This document shows, piece after piece, positions 20,344 through 28,868 of a stretch of 64,000 nt of DNA. Under the pieces are notes generated by a model that saw only the letters and a list, made by a program, of their open reading frames with translations, was not told the DNA's origin and searched no databases. Source of the DNA: a virus. The position numbers were made by a program, and so were the translations under genes. The number at the start of each line of letters is the position of its first letter. Position 1 is the first letter of the stretch. Location of the stretch: positions 1-64,000 of IMG/VR virus record IMGVR_UViG_3300020129_000672. One strand, 5' to 3'.

Positions 20344-21065
20344 AACCATCGAGCGTCTTAAACTCCCTGCTCACCATTAGCGGCATATCGCTCATAAGTT
20401 TCGGTCTTGGATCGCTCACCGTCTCAGTCATGGACGCATATCATGAGGTCCACCGAAACAGAATGAATGCCTGGCTATCGTTATCACAGTCGAACGCTCT
20501 TCCATCCGCCCATACCGAGACTCAGATCGTCCGGTTCGAGCCACCAACCAACCTCCTAACACCTACGATTGATCCGTACACCAACAGTTTACTTCCAACC
20601 CCGCCACCGGCCTTCACCTTCGACCCTCGGCAGCAGACGCTCGATGACGTGCAAGACTGGTATGTCATAGTGATCGATCCAACGACCGGCCAGGTAATGC
20701 ATGTCTTGCGCGATCTCCCGACCGGCCGGCTGATCATCGCCGATATCGACCAGAACGGGGGGAGCACCAATATGCCCGAATATGTGACGGTCCGCGAGTT
20801 CAGGTCGACCAACGTCCAGGCGGCGGTCAAACCCCTGACGGTCCAACCACTGGTCGTTCTCCGCCGGGAGGTGGTGACCAACCGGATTGCCGCCCATACC
20901 GAGAGATCACCGCCGGTCAAAGAGGTGTGGGAAGGTCTAGAATTCTGGATCCAACACGCTGATACCCTGCTTGTCCCGGCCCAAAACGAGGTAGTCACCA
21001 ACTGGGTGATCGGCCTGCTGGTTGACGGCCGGCCGATCGAGCTCCAAACCTTGGTCCAGAAATGA
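20340..21065 (+). CDS. membrane-anchored hypothetical protein (start revised to MKPSSV)
   Basis: ATGA overlap; N-terminal TM segment. Confidence 0.65.
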   Translation: MKPSSVLNSLLTISGISLISFGLGSLTVSVMDAYHEVHRNRMNAWLSLSQSNALPSAHTETQIVRFEPPTNLLTPTIDPYTNSLLPTPPPAFTFDPRQQTLDDVQDWYVIVIDPTTGQVMHVLRDLPTGRLIIADIDQNGGSTNMPEYVTVREFRSTNVQAAVKPLTVQPLVVLRREVVTNRIAAHTERSPPVKEVWEGLEFWIQHADTLLVPAQNEVVTNWVIGLLVDGRPIELQTLVQK

Positions 21066-21379
21066 ACCTGACACTCGACGTCATCCTCTGGCAGGAACAC
21101 CGGCGGACCGGCCCTATCATTCTCGCCCAGGGCCTGCAGTACGACCTATCGGCCTCAGGGCCGACCCTGCCGGCCGTCCAACAGGCGTTTGCCCAGCAGG
21201 TGTTCAAGCAACTGGCGTTCGACCATATGCTGGGACAGCCGGCCTTCTGGGATACCGCCCAGGCTGCCCCCAGATACTGGCATATGCTGCGCGACTGTCC
21301 GGCCCGGTGGCAGCTGACGATCGTTCCCCCACCCGAAGATTCCACGGGAGAGGAAAGTTGGAAGACCGAAGCTGGTTGA
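21062..21379 (+). CDS. hypothetical protein
   Basis: Coupled to the previous gene. Confidence 0.55.
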   Translation: MNLTLDVILWQEHRRTGPIILAQGLQYDLSASGPTLPAVQQAFAQQVFKQLAFDHMLGQPAFWDTAQAAPRYWHMLRDCPARWQLTIVPPPEDSTGEESWKTEAG

Positions 21380-21409
21380 CCGCCCTCTTGACCGTCCGAA
21401 GATCAGCCG

Positions 21410-21628
21410 GTGATTCAACTCTTATACCGACAGTTCGTGATCAGGATTCAGCCGGTGCATGGCGGATTCGACTGGTTCGCCTACTCGATGGCCGCCAGCC
21501 CGGTGTCTGTCACCTTCAACTACAACGGGGCGGCGAAGAACCCACCGTTTGGCACCCAGCAACAGGCGGAACGGGCGGCCCAGTATGTGATCGATCAGTG
21601 GATTCGGCCGGTCGGAACTGCCAGCTGA
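21410..21628 (+). CDS. hypothetical protein
   Basis: TTGACC-N16-GAAGAT-N6-GTG. Confidence 0.55.
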   Translation: MIQLLYRQFVIRIQPVHGGFDWFAYSMAASPVSVTFNYNGAAKNPPFGTQQQAERAAQYVIDQWIRPVGTAS

Positions 21629-21977
21629 CGACCGTCCAGCCGGGGTAAGTCTGCTGGATCCGGCCGTCCACACGGGTCTTCAGCCGTGGATCGTCCGCCC
21701 GGCCTTTGAAATGCAGATGACCCGTCCGCCGGTCTTGGAGGCGAACCACCACGTAGTCGACGACCAGCCACTGCTTTTTAGGCCGCTGGCTGACCGTCTG
21801 GGGCGTTTGTCTTGGCTGGTCCTCCCAAGGTCGCCACTCGGCAATCAACTTCATCTGGCGGTGGCTTAGCGATGGATTGGCCAACCGGCAGGTCAGACCA
21901 TCGTGAAACCGCACTTCGACCGCCCCCTGGTGTTTCCAGAACGGCCGGTCCGGCTGATTCTTCTGCCAGGCATGCAT
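21516..21977 (-). CDS. hypothetical protein
   Basis: TTGACC-N17-GACGAT-N6-ATG. Confidence 0.55.
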   Translation of the reverse strand: MHAWQKNQPDRPFWKHQGAVEVRFHDGLTCRLANPSLSHRQMKLIAEWRPWEDQPRQTPQTVSQRPKKQWLVVDYVVVRLQDRRTGHLHFKGRADDPRLKTRVDGRIQQTYPGWTVVSWQFRPAESTDRSHTGPPVPPVAGCQTVGSSPPRCS

Positions 21978-22014
21978 CGGCAGATCGTCAGGGCTGGCCG
22001 ATGGTGGGTCAACC

Positions 22015-22033
22015 TTTCCACCCGGATGGAAAG
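22015..22033. promoter_or_regulatory. TTTCCA-N6-TGGAAAG site between divergent genes
   Basis: tttcca cccgga tggaaag. Confidence 0.75.
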
Positions 22034-22075
22034 AACGGGCTGGCGGTCAAAACCCAAAAGGCAGACAACTCTGGG

Positions 22076-22492
22076 GTGAATAATATTGAACCGGCAGCAA
22101 TCGGGCGACTGGCCGCAGAATCGGTATCGCATATCAATGATCCGTCGGAGCTGCGAAAGATCATCGGCCAACAAGCTGAATCTTTGAGTAATTATATTCG
22201 TGAACTAACGGAGATCAAAAAGCAGCCGCTGATCACGCCGGATAATAAGCAACAAATAGCCGATCAACTTCAACTAGAACTCCATCAAGATTTTTGTCTG
22301 CGAGTTGGCCAAGCATTGATCGATGGAGTTAATGGGATTGATATTCTGCGTTTCAAGGAAGCCTACGAAGGATATGATGAATTGCGTGAACAGCAGGAAT
22401 GCCTGGTCGGCCGACGGATGATCGTAATTGAATCGATAGCGGAGGCTCGTAATCGAGATTGCGCTCCGGCTCAAAAAGAGCCACCCTTCTGA
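22076..22492 (+). CDS. hypothetical protein (start revised to GTG 22076)
   Basis: Coding-like part of the 21812 ORF, ending EPPF. Confidence 0.6.
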   Translation: MNNIEPAAIGRLAAESVSHINDPSELRKIIGQQAESLSNYIRELTEIKKQPLITPDNKQQIADQLQLELHQDFCLRVGQALIDGVNGIDILRFKEAYEGYDELREQQECLVGRRMIVIESIAEARNRDCAPAQKEPPF

Positions 22493-22835
22493 TCAGCCCG
22501 CAGGAAGCTGTAGAATTTAAGGACCGGTCGTAGTCTCCTCCGGTCTGGGCGGTCGGCGGGGGTTCACACTGGGTTCAACCACGTCGGCCGCCATTTTCAT
22601 GAAGAGGCCACAGCCAAAGATCGACCCCGACCGCCGGTACTTCCAAGTACGGTGCGCCCGCTGTTGGTCGCCCATGCGGTTCTCCGCCCGGTCTGACGGC
22701 CGAGGCAATTACTTGCGGTGCGAGCGCGATCCGGCCTTCTGCCAGGCTCAGCCGATCAATCCGCTTAGAAAAAGAGATGACCCTGAGTGGTATTAAACTC
22801 TTGATCGGCTATCAGACGGCTATAGCCTTCCGAGG

Positions 22836-23177
22836 ATGACACTCGATGAAATTAAAAAACTGATTAAACTCCATGTTGGTGAATTTGTAGAGTTCACTCC
22901 AACGAACGATCATTCAATTACTTCTTTAGCTCTAGAGTTTGAAAAACAGATCAACCTGACAAAGCACCAGGAACAGGTGCGGCTTGTCGCGGTCTTCAAA
23001 ATCTGGCTCGAAGGGCTGTCGAACAAATTTGCCGGTGACGGCAACATGGATGCCTATAACATCCTGAATTATATTTCAACCCGGGTGGAGCTCATTCTGG
23101 GTGGCCTGCAACAAACGACGGTCGAAGCCCAAGAGATCCCGACCCGGCCGACCTTGCCAGCCCCTCCTCAAGGATGA
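22836..23177 (+). CDS. hypothetical protein
   Basis: TTGATC-N16-TAGCCT-N7-ATG. Confidence 0.65.
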   Translation: MTLDEIKKLIKLHVGEFVEFTPTNDHSITSLALEFEKQINLTKHQEQVRLVAVFKIWLEGLSNKFAGDGNMDAYNILNYISTRVELILGGLQQTTVEAQEIPTRPTLPAPPQG

Positions 23178-23542
23178 AAGCCCTGCACGCCACGCCCCCG
23201 CTCTACCAGCGGATCCAGTTCCTGCAGCTGCCGGAGGCCGAACAGGCGCGCCAGCGGTTCCACAACCTGGTGCGCCTTCGTTGTTGCCCCGTCTGTGCCC
23301 GGCAGGCTGGCCCAGACGGACCGTTCTGCCCATTTCACCAATTCAGAGTGGCCGAACTGGAGCGCGAACGCCATGAGCGGCTCCGGCTGGCCGGCCGTTG
23401 CCAAGTCTGTGAGAGGCAGATGCGCCACCGCTCGTGCCCAGAGTGCAATCGAACGAGCCGAACGATCGACAGCTACCACGGGCTGCCCGTCGCCCCGTCC
23501 GTCCTTGAGCAGCTGATGCGGCAACAGGCGGAGGAGAGTTGA
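23174..23542 (+). CDS. zinc-finger-like protein
   Basis: CPVC, CPFH, CQVC, CPEC. Confidence 0.65.
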   Translation: MKALHATPPLYQRIQFLQLPEAEQARQRFHNLVRLRCCPVCARQAGPDGPFCPFHQFRVAELERERHERLRLAGRCQVCERQMRHRSCPECNRTSRTIDSYHGLPVAPSVLEQLMRQQAEES

Positions 23543-23567
23543 CAACCGGCGATGGGAAGCCGACAGT
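23539..23567 (+). promoter_or_regulatory. sigma70-type promoter of the giant ncRNA
   Basis: TTGACA-N17-GACAGT, same architecture as neighbouring promoters but with no start codon after it. Confidence 0.7.
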
Positions 23568-23573
23568 CAGCTC

Positions 23574-24515
23574 GTCAGTTTTACGACTGACTGTGCCGAC
23601 TCCCGATTCATTGCTCGCCGCATTAGATCTCCATTGGCACGTCCGGCCCGGGTGAGAAATCGCCCGGGCCGAATCATTTTCTTGACCCTCACTGTTTCGG
23701 AACGACTCATCCGTCGGCGAGCAAGGTGAATAGGGAGTATCAAAAACCCCATTATTCACCTGGCCGGCCCTCGGCTCTGCCAGGAGACTTGGCAGGTTCT
23801 TTGACAGGCGGTTGTCTGTCGGTCGGTCAATCCAGCTCGGACGGGTACCGGATTTCCGGTCAGGTTGGTAGCTAGTGACCTGTTGCTGGCCTCAATTATT
23901 TGGAGCCCGTACGGGTTGGATTGACCGACCAGGCAGGTCTGTGTGACGAACGGTCAGGCGCCGAAAGGTGCCACGGCTGACTTAAAATTAGTCGGAATAC
24001 CCTATGATCGTTCGTCACACAGACCTGCCAGTAAGTTAGGTCGGCCGCCCGAGGTGGCGCGCCGGCTGACTCCTTCCCGCTGTAGCACCAGGGTGTGTAA
24101 CGATCAGCGGGAGTCACGTAGAGTGATCCACCCAGTCGGGCGAAAGCCCACAACGGGCCAGAGATGAGACGGTGTCCGGGCGAATAAGAACTTGAAGGAG
24201 CGCCCGCAAGAATCTGGTCCACCCGCGAAAGCAGCGAGACCCCAGCATTGGGGCACGGATCGAAGGCTGTCCGAAAGGGCGGCAGTTCGAGTTGAATCAG
24301 CAAACAAGTCCCAGAGACAACCAACAGTCAGAGAATGGGTGAGTACGGTGGCGGCGCTAGCGGGCCGGGAGTAATCCTACCTGTATGCTTGGGATGTTTC
24401 CCGCCATCAGAAGACCAGGAACCTACCACCAGGGATTTTGAGGACAAATCCCTAGGCCAACCGCGTGCGTCGTACGGCTCGAAGTCGATCCGGCAGCAAG
24501 GGAATGAGAGTAGAG
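23574..24515 (+). ncRNA. giant, highly structured non-coding RNA (~940 nt), class unassigned
   Basis: No credible ORF. Two ~25-bp helices, nested long-range stems, at least 4 GAAA tetraloop hairpins, and G-U pairs oriented for the + strand. Confidence 0.85.
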
Positions 24516-24525
24516 GAAAGTTTTT

Positions 24526-25002
24526 ATGTGTAGAATTCAGTTAACCAGAGGAAAGTTTGCCACTGTTGACCAGCGTGACTTCGATTACCTGAATCAATTT
24601 CGTTGGTACTGTTTAGAGATGGATCACACTAATTACGCCGCACGATCGGTTAAAGATCCAGAAACAGGGAAATGGCAATTGATCCTGATGCACAGAGACA
24701 TTTTAGGGGTCGACCGATCCATTAAGATCGATCACAAAAACGGAAATGGACTTGATAATCAGCGAAAAAATCTGAGGCCAGCTACCAGTTCACAAAATGG
24801 TTGTAACAGGTTAAAATCACGCTCGAACAAAAGCGGATTCAAGGGGGTCTATTGGCATAAAAGGATCGGAAAATTTAGGTCTGAAATAAGGCTTTTAGGA
24901 AGGCGATTCCATCTTGGTTACTTCAATACGGCGCTATCTGCTCACGCTGCTTATTGCGAAGCGGCCAATCGTCTCCATGGAGAATTTGCTAGAACATCGT
25001 AA
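24526..25002 (+). CDS. HNH endonuclease with a C-terminal AP2-like domain
   Basis: MHRDIL...IDHKNGNGLDNQRKNLR (HNH); SGFKGVYW...HLGYF..A..AY..AA.RLHGEFA (AP2); lower GC. Confidence 0.93.
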   Translation: MCRIQLTRGKFATVDQRDFDYLNQFRWYCLEMDHTNYAARSVKDPETGKWQLILMHRDILGVDRSIKIDHKNGNGLDNQRKNLRPATSSQNGCNRLKSRSNKSGFKGVYWHKRIGKFRSEIRLLGRRFHLGYFNTALSAHAAYCEAANRLHGEFARTS

Positions 25003-25173
25003 CCGTAATCAGGGTGATCAGCCTGATGGGTAATCCACCCCATTCCATGGTCAGCCAAGATAGCGGAATATCTGACCGCTATGATGTTCAACATGTATCT
25101 CGGAATCATGCTGGCGCTGACGATCGTCGTCGGCCTGACTGATACGATGGAGGCGCTGACAGTCGATTGATCT

Positions 25174-25192
25174 GTTCCATCAGGATGGAAAG
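25174..25192. promoter_or_regulatory. TTCCA-N6-TGGAAAG site upstream of a leaderless promoter
   Basis: gttcca tcagga tggaaag, then TTGAAC-N16-GATGGT-N7-ATG. Confidence 0.7.
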
Positions 25193-25234
25193 GTTGGCCT
25201 TGAACGACCAGCCAGAAAGGCGATGGTCGGGCTG

Positions 25235-25774
25235 ATGAAAACCAAGTTGATCACCGCTCTTCGCCAATCAGCGGCGGCTGTTCGTAACCAGACGTTTGGC
25301 TATGAATGGTCGAACATGAAGTCCTGCAACTGTGGAGTCGTTGCCTGCGCGCTGCTGGGTTACGACCAGGAAAAATTAAATACCTCTCTTCCAACTAAGC
25401 CGCAATACAACTGGCTGAAATTTGTTGGTGAATATTGCCCAGTTACGGGCCTGCCAGAACATCTGGTTTTGCGAGCGATGACCGATGCTGGCCTTTCTCC
25501 GCGCGATATCATTGAACTTGAGGCGATGAGCAATCAACAGGTTTTGGCCCGCATGCCCGTGCAATACCAGACGAAGATCGTTGGCGGTTGGTGGGCGATG
25601 TTGTTCGGCCGTACGCGTGAAGTAAAACAACCTCGGCCGTTTCATTACACCAATCGTCAAGATCTCGTGCTGTACCTTGAGGCCTGGGCAGACCTGTTGG
25701 AGGAACAGGCGGATCCTCTTCGTCAGCCGGCCCGTCGGGACGATCCATTCATGCAGGCGATAGGGAGAAATTAA
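25235..25774 (+). CDS. conserved-looking hypothetical protein (CNCG...YCPVTG...YLEAWADLLE)
   Basis: ORF with its own promoter. Confidence 0.7.
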   Translation: MKTKLITALRQSAAAVRNQTFGYEWSNMKSCNCGVVACALLGYDQEKLNTSLPTKPQYNWLKFVGEYCPVTGLPEHLVLRAMTDAGLSPRDIIELEAMSNQQVLARMPVQYQTKIVGGWWAMLFGRTREVKQPRPFHYTNRQDLVLYLEAWADLLEEQADPLRQPARRDDPFMQAIGRN

Positions 25775-25785
25775 TCCACAACAAG

Positions 25786-27141
25786 ATGAAACGACAACTG
25801 ACCGGCCGCTGGCTGGCGCTTAATCTGCTGACCGTCTGGAATCTTCTTCTGGCCTTTCTGGTCGCCAAGGGTGATCTGGGACTGCTGCTGGTCTTTGCCT
25901 CCGTGGCGGTCGTTCAGCGCCTGACCGTCGGTCGGTGGGTGGCTGACAGTTACAAGTGGCTCGCAACATTCGGTGACAGTGCTCGGCTTGCGACCCTCCT
26001 TCAGATTCGGTCGGATGAACGTGGCGATGTCCAAACACCCCCATCCGAACAGTGTGTTGAAGACCGTTCGGTGGCCGCCAACGACAAGAATGCGTTTGGT
26101 CACCCATGAACACCTTCCGTCTGACCATCCTGCTGACGGCCGCCCTTCTGGTCGGGCTGGTCCTGACCATCATCGGACGCCCCTCTCCGGCCGCCCGGGG
26201 GCTCATTCTGTGGCGACGGCTGACCAATCCCTATCTCCACCGCCATTATGGGTCGTGCGCCCGCTGTGCGCGATCCTGGGACGTGCTGGGCACCAACTAT
26301 CACACAACTGTCTACTGGCGGGGCCGGCGGGAGATCGGCCGCTCAGAACCAACGGAGGTCGGCAATTTTGCTACCATGGACTTGGTGGTCCATCTGACGG
26401 AGAAGGGGGCGGCTCCATTGTGCCAAGACTGTTGGTTGGCGCTTCGAACGGGTCCGGCACGGCTTCCTTATTATCTCCCAATCTACGCGACGGATCCAGA
26501 ATTCCCGGCCGTCATGACCGCCGTATTGGCCGAACAATGAACATCTCCGATCTTCCGACCGTCGCCGGCCGTATGGAATGTTCGAACGCTGAGTTTGAGC
26601 ACCGGTGCTTGGCCCACCTCGAGGAGGAACAGCAGAAGCTGTTGCCCGATACGGCGCTGATCGCCCTGCTGTGCGACGCCGTGCGGTGTGTCAGGGAATA
26701 CAGCGAGGCAATGCAGGGGCAGCCGTTGGAGCTGATGCCGACCCAGTTTGTTGATCGGAACAATCGGCCAGAGATGACCGTCAATTGGATGACTGATTTG
26801 GTTCGGATGTCGGCTTATCGGATCCACCAGGTGATCGGCAGCAACATTCAGCATTATCGGACGCCGACCGAGCAGGAGCTGATGGTGGTCGTCCAGAGGG
26901 CAATTGAGAGGAATAAGTCATGATTGTCTCGGCCGATCAAAAACCGCCGGTCGGTGGAATGGGCGGGTCGATCCACGATTGGGAGCGCGGGCTCGATCCG
27001 TGGCATGCTCAGGCCTTCCCCGCCCATCTGGCAGATCGGGCGCCCAATCAGGCAGAGCGCAAGGGTGGATGGTTTGCCCTCGATTACTGGAAGAACGAGA
27101 TTGGTTTTATTGCCGACGGAGACGCCTATGATCAAAGTTAG
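25786..27141 (+). other. four coupled hypothetical ORFs (25786-26109 TM, 26106-26540 signal/TM, 26537-26923, 26920-27141)
   Basis: ATGA-type overlaps. Confidence 0.6.
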
Positions 27142-27607
27142 AAAATCACCAACGGCCGATACACGTACCTGCGATTTTGCGAACGTCACCCGGCAGACGC
27201 TTGAGGCTTCGAGCTGTCAGCACATCGCGGATGTCGTTCAGGCCCTGGCATTTTTTCAGACTTACCTGACCAAGGCGGCAGGCGTTCACGACCAAGATAA
27301 GCTGACGGACATTGAATGGTTCCACCGCGACTTCATTACCGGCTTCAAGCAGACTGGGTGGTGGGATAACCATCGTCAGATCTGGCGCCACCACCTGAAT
27401 AATACCGACGGCATTCCGCCGGACGTAAACCTGCTGGACGTTCTGGAATACGTCGCCGATTGCGTGATGGCCGGGATGGCTCGGTCGGGCTCGGTCTATG
27501 AGCTGAAGCTGCCGCCGGAATTATTGGAACGAGCGCTGAAGAATACGGTCGAGCTGCTGAAGGCTCAGGTGGTGGTCGACGATTCGGTTGAGACCAGTAC
27601 AACCTAG
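27128..27607 (+). CDS. HD-like phosphohydrolase (DUF5662-like)
   Basis: HIADV...HDQDK...RHH...LLDVLEYVADCVMA. Confidence 0.6.
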   Translation: MIKVRKSPTADTRTCDFANVTRQTLEASSCQHIADVVQALAFFQTYLTKAAGVHDQDKLTDIEWFHRDFITGFKQTGWWDNHRQIWRHHLNNTDGIPPDVNLLDVLEYVADCVMAGMARSGSVYELKLPPELLERALKNTVELLKAQVVVDDSVETSTT

Positions 27608-27608
27608 C

Positions 27609-27627
27609 TTTCCACCCGCCTGGAAAG
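27609..27627. promoter_or_regulatory. TTTCCA-N6-TGGAAAG site
   Basis: tttcca cccgcc tggaaag, then TTGATC-N18-TAAGCT. Confidence 0.75.
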
Positions 27628-27958
27628 CCCGCTATTGATCAACCCTCCGGATTCGGACTAAGCTGGTCCGGCTATGAACTTGGTCGATCAAGCCCGATTG
27701 GCCGTCTGGCGCCGGCAGAGTATCCGTGCGCGTTCGGCCCCGTCTAAACCGCAACCACGAGTGTCGGTGATGAAAATCCTGTTCATCAACGGTCGTCCGT
27801 GCTTTCAGCCGACGGTCGACCAGATCCAACAGTTCTCGCTCAGTGAATGACCGGTTTGACATCCAACCAGACAGGCCTATCAGTCTGCTGCACCTGGCGC
27901 CTGAGAATCGTACGGTTGCCCGCAGTTTGAGTTGTTTAAGTGGTTTCATCTGAATTGG

Positions 27959-27986
27959 CCGGGGTGACGAGTGTCATCCCGGTTTT
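27959..27986 (+). terminator. intrinsic terminator-like hairpin
   Basis: ccggggtgac-gagt-gtcatcccgg-tttt. Confidence 0.65.
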
Positions 27987-27994
27987 CCCCTTTT

Positions 27995-28276
27995 ATGAAT
28001 CGTCGTCGCCTCTTCAAATCCCTGGCCGCTCTGGCCGTCACTCCCTGGCAATCGTTTGTCTGTTCTGGCCCGTTACGTCGAATGTTCTGGCTTCCGCCCA
28101 TATGCGAGGCGCGTTACATCGATCTGGTCGTCGGCAAGCGATTGGAAGATATAAAAATGGCAGATTTGAAGATTGGAGACCTGTCAGAGATCTACCAGGA
28201 GGATGATGGCAAATGGCGGTTGATCGGTCATTGGTCTCCGGACGATCACTCGATCGTCTGGAAGTCAAACATTTGA
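27995..28276 (+). CDS. hypothetical protein with a twin-arginine-like N-terminus
   Basis: MNRRRLFKSLAALA. Confidence 0.55.
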   Translation: MNRRRLFKSLAALAVTPWQSFVCSGPLRRMFWLPPICEARYIDLVVGKRLEDIKMADLKIGDLSEIYQEDDGKWRLIGHWSPDDHSIVWKSNI

Positions 28277-28346
28277 CGGCCCGCCCGCCAGACCGAAGGT
28301 CGGCCGTGCAGGAACTGATGGAATAGTCTCAGTGTTGTACAGACCA

Positions 28347-28378
28347 GCCGCCGGGGAACTTGAGGCCCCGGCGGTTTT
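28347..28378 (+). terminator. intrinsic terminator between convergent units
   Basis: gccgccgggg-N9-ccccggcggt-ttt. Confidence 0.75.
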
Positions 28379-28383
28379 GGCCG

Positions 28384-28791
28384 TCAGAACGTGATCTTCT
28401 TCGTCGCCGGCAATCCTTGTTGGCGCATCTGTAGGGCGGTCATGATTCCGGCGTATCCCACGGTGTCCCGGCCGTTATCGAGATTCCCATCGTTGTAGGC
28501 AAAGCGAACAAGTTTGGTGGCTGCCATACAGGCCGAGATGTCGATCGCCGTGATCGGTGCCTTTAACTTCTTCTTCAGCAGGATCGACCAGACGATCGCC
28601 AGGTCAGCCAGCTGATATTCCGGTTCTCCATGCTCGGCCGTTCGGTCGCGCAGGATCAGCTCAGCCGCTTCAGCCAGCACATGGCTGCGGAGTTCGCTGG
28701 GGGTGGATACGACGGGCTTGGCAGGTGTTTCTTGAGGCACGGGCCGACATTCCACCACAATGGAAAGGTCGTCCAAAATCTTTCTTTCCAA
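28384..28791 (-). CDS. DUF6378-like phage protein
   Basis: LAEAAELILRDR..EHG.P...W...M...KLVR...D...D..GYA. Confidence 0.75.
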   Translation of the reverse strand: MERKILDDLSIVVECRPVPQETPAKPVVSTPSELRSHVLAEAAELILRDRTAEHGEPEYQLADLAIVWSILLKKKLKAPITAIDISACMAATKLVRFAYNDGNLDNGRDTVGYAGIMTALQMRQQGLPATKKITF

Positions 28792-28868
28792 CCGCTACGC
28801 CGGTGGCTAAACCACTGACCGCACTTCGGTGCATTTAACAGATCTAAATATTATTAACCGTTATTACC

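Noticed and set aside
24295-24325. Group I intron Q/R-like words (AATCAGCA, CAGAGAC)
   Set aside because: No matching S element or P7 partner, the flanking genes are intact, and the segment pairs with 23810-23817 instead.
24458-24480. Group II intron domain V resemblance (AACCGCGTGCGTCGTACGGCTC; reverse complement GAGCCGTACG...CGGTT)
   Set aside because: Too short, with no GNRA-capped upper stem, no domain VI, no reverse transcriptase and no interrupted host gene.
24510-24523. GAGGAAAGT resembling RNase P RNA conserved region I
   Set aside because: Not followed by CC-GGGC, and I saw no ACAGAA..CGGCTTA element. The motif also recurs inside the HNH coding sequence.
24349-28290. 14-bp complementarity between 24349-24367 and 28277-28290, suggesting a split RNA
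   Set aside because: Very GC-rich, the distal part is a promoter spacer, and a local partner (24400-24408) exists. Likely chance.
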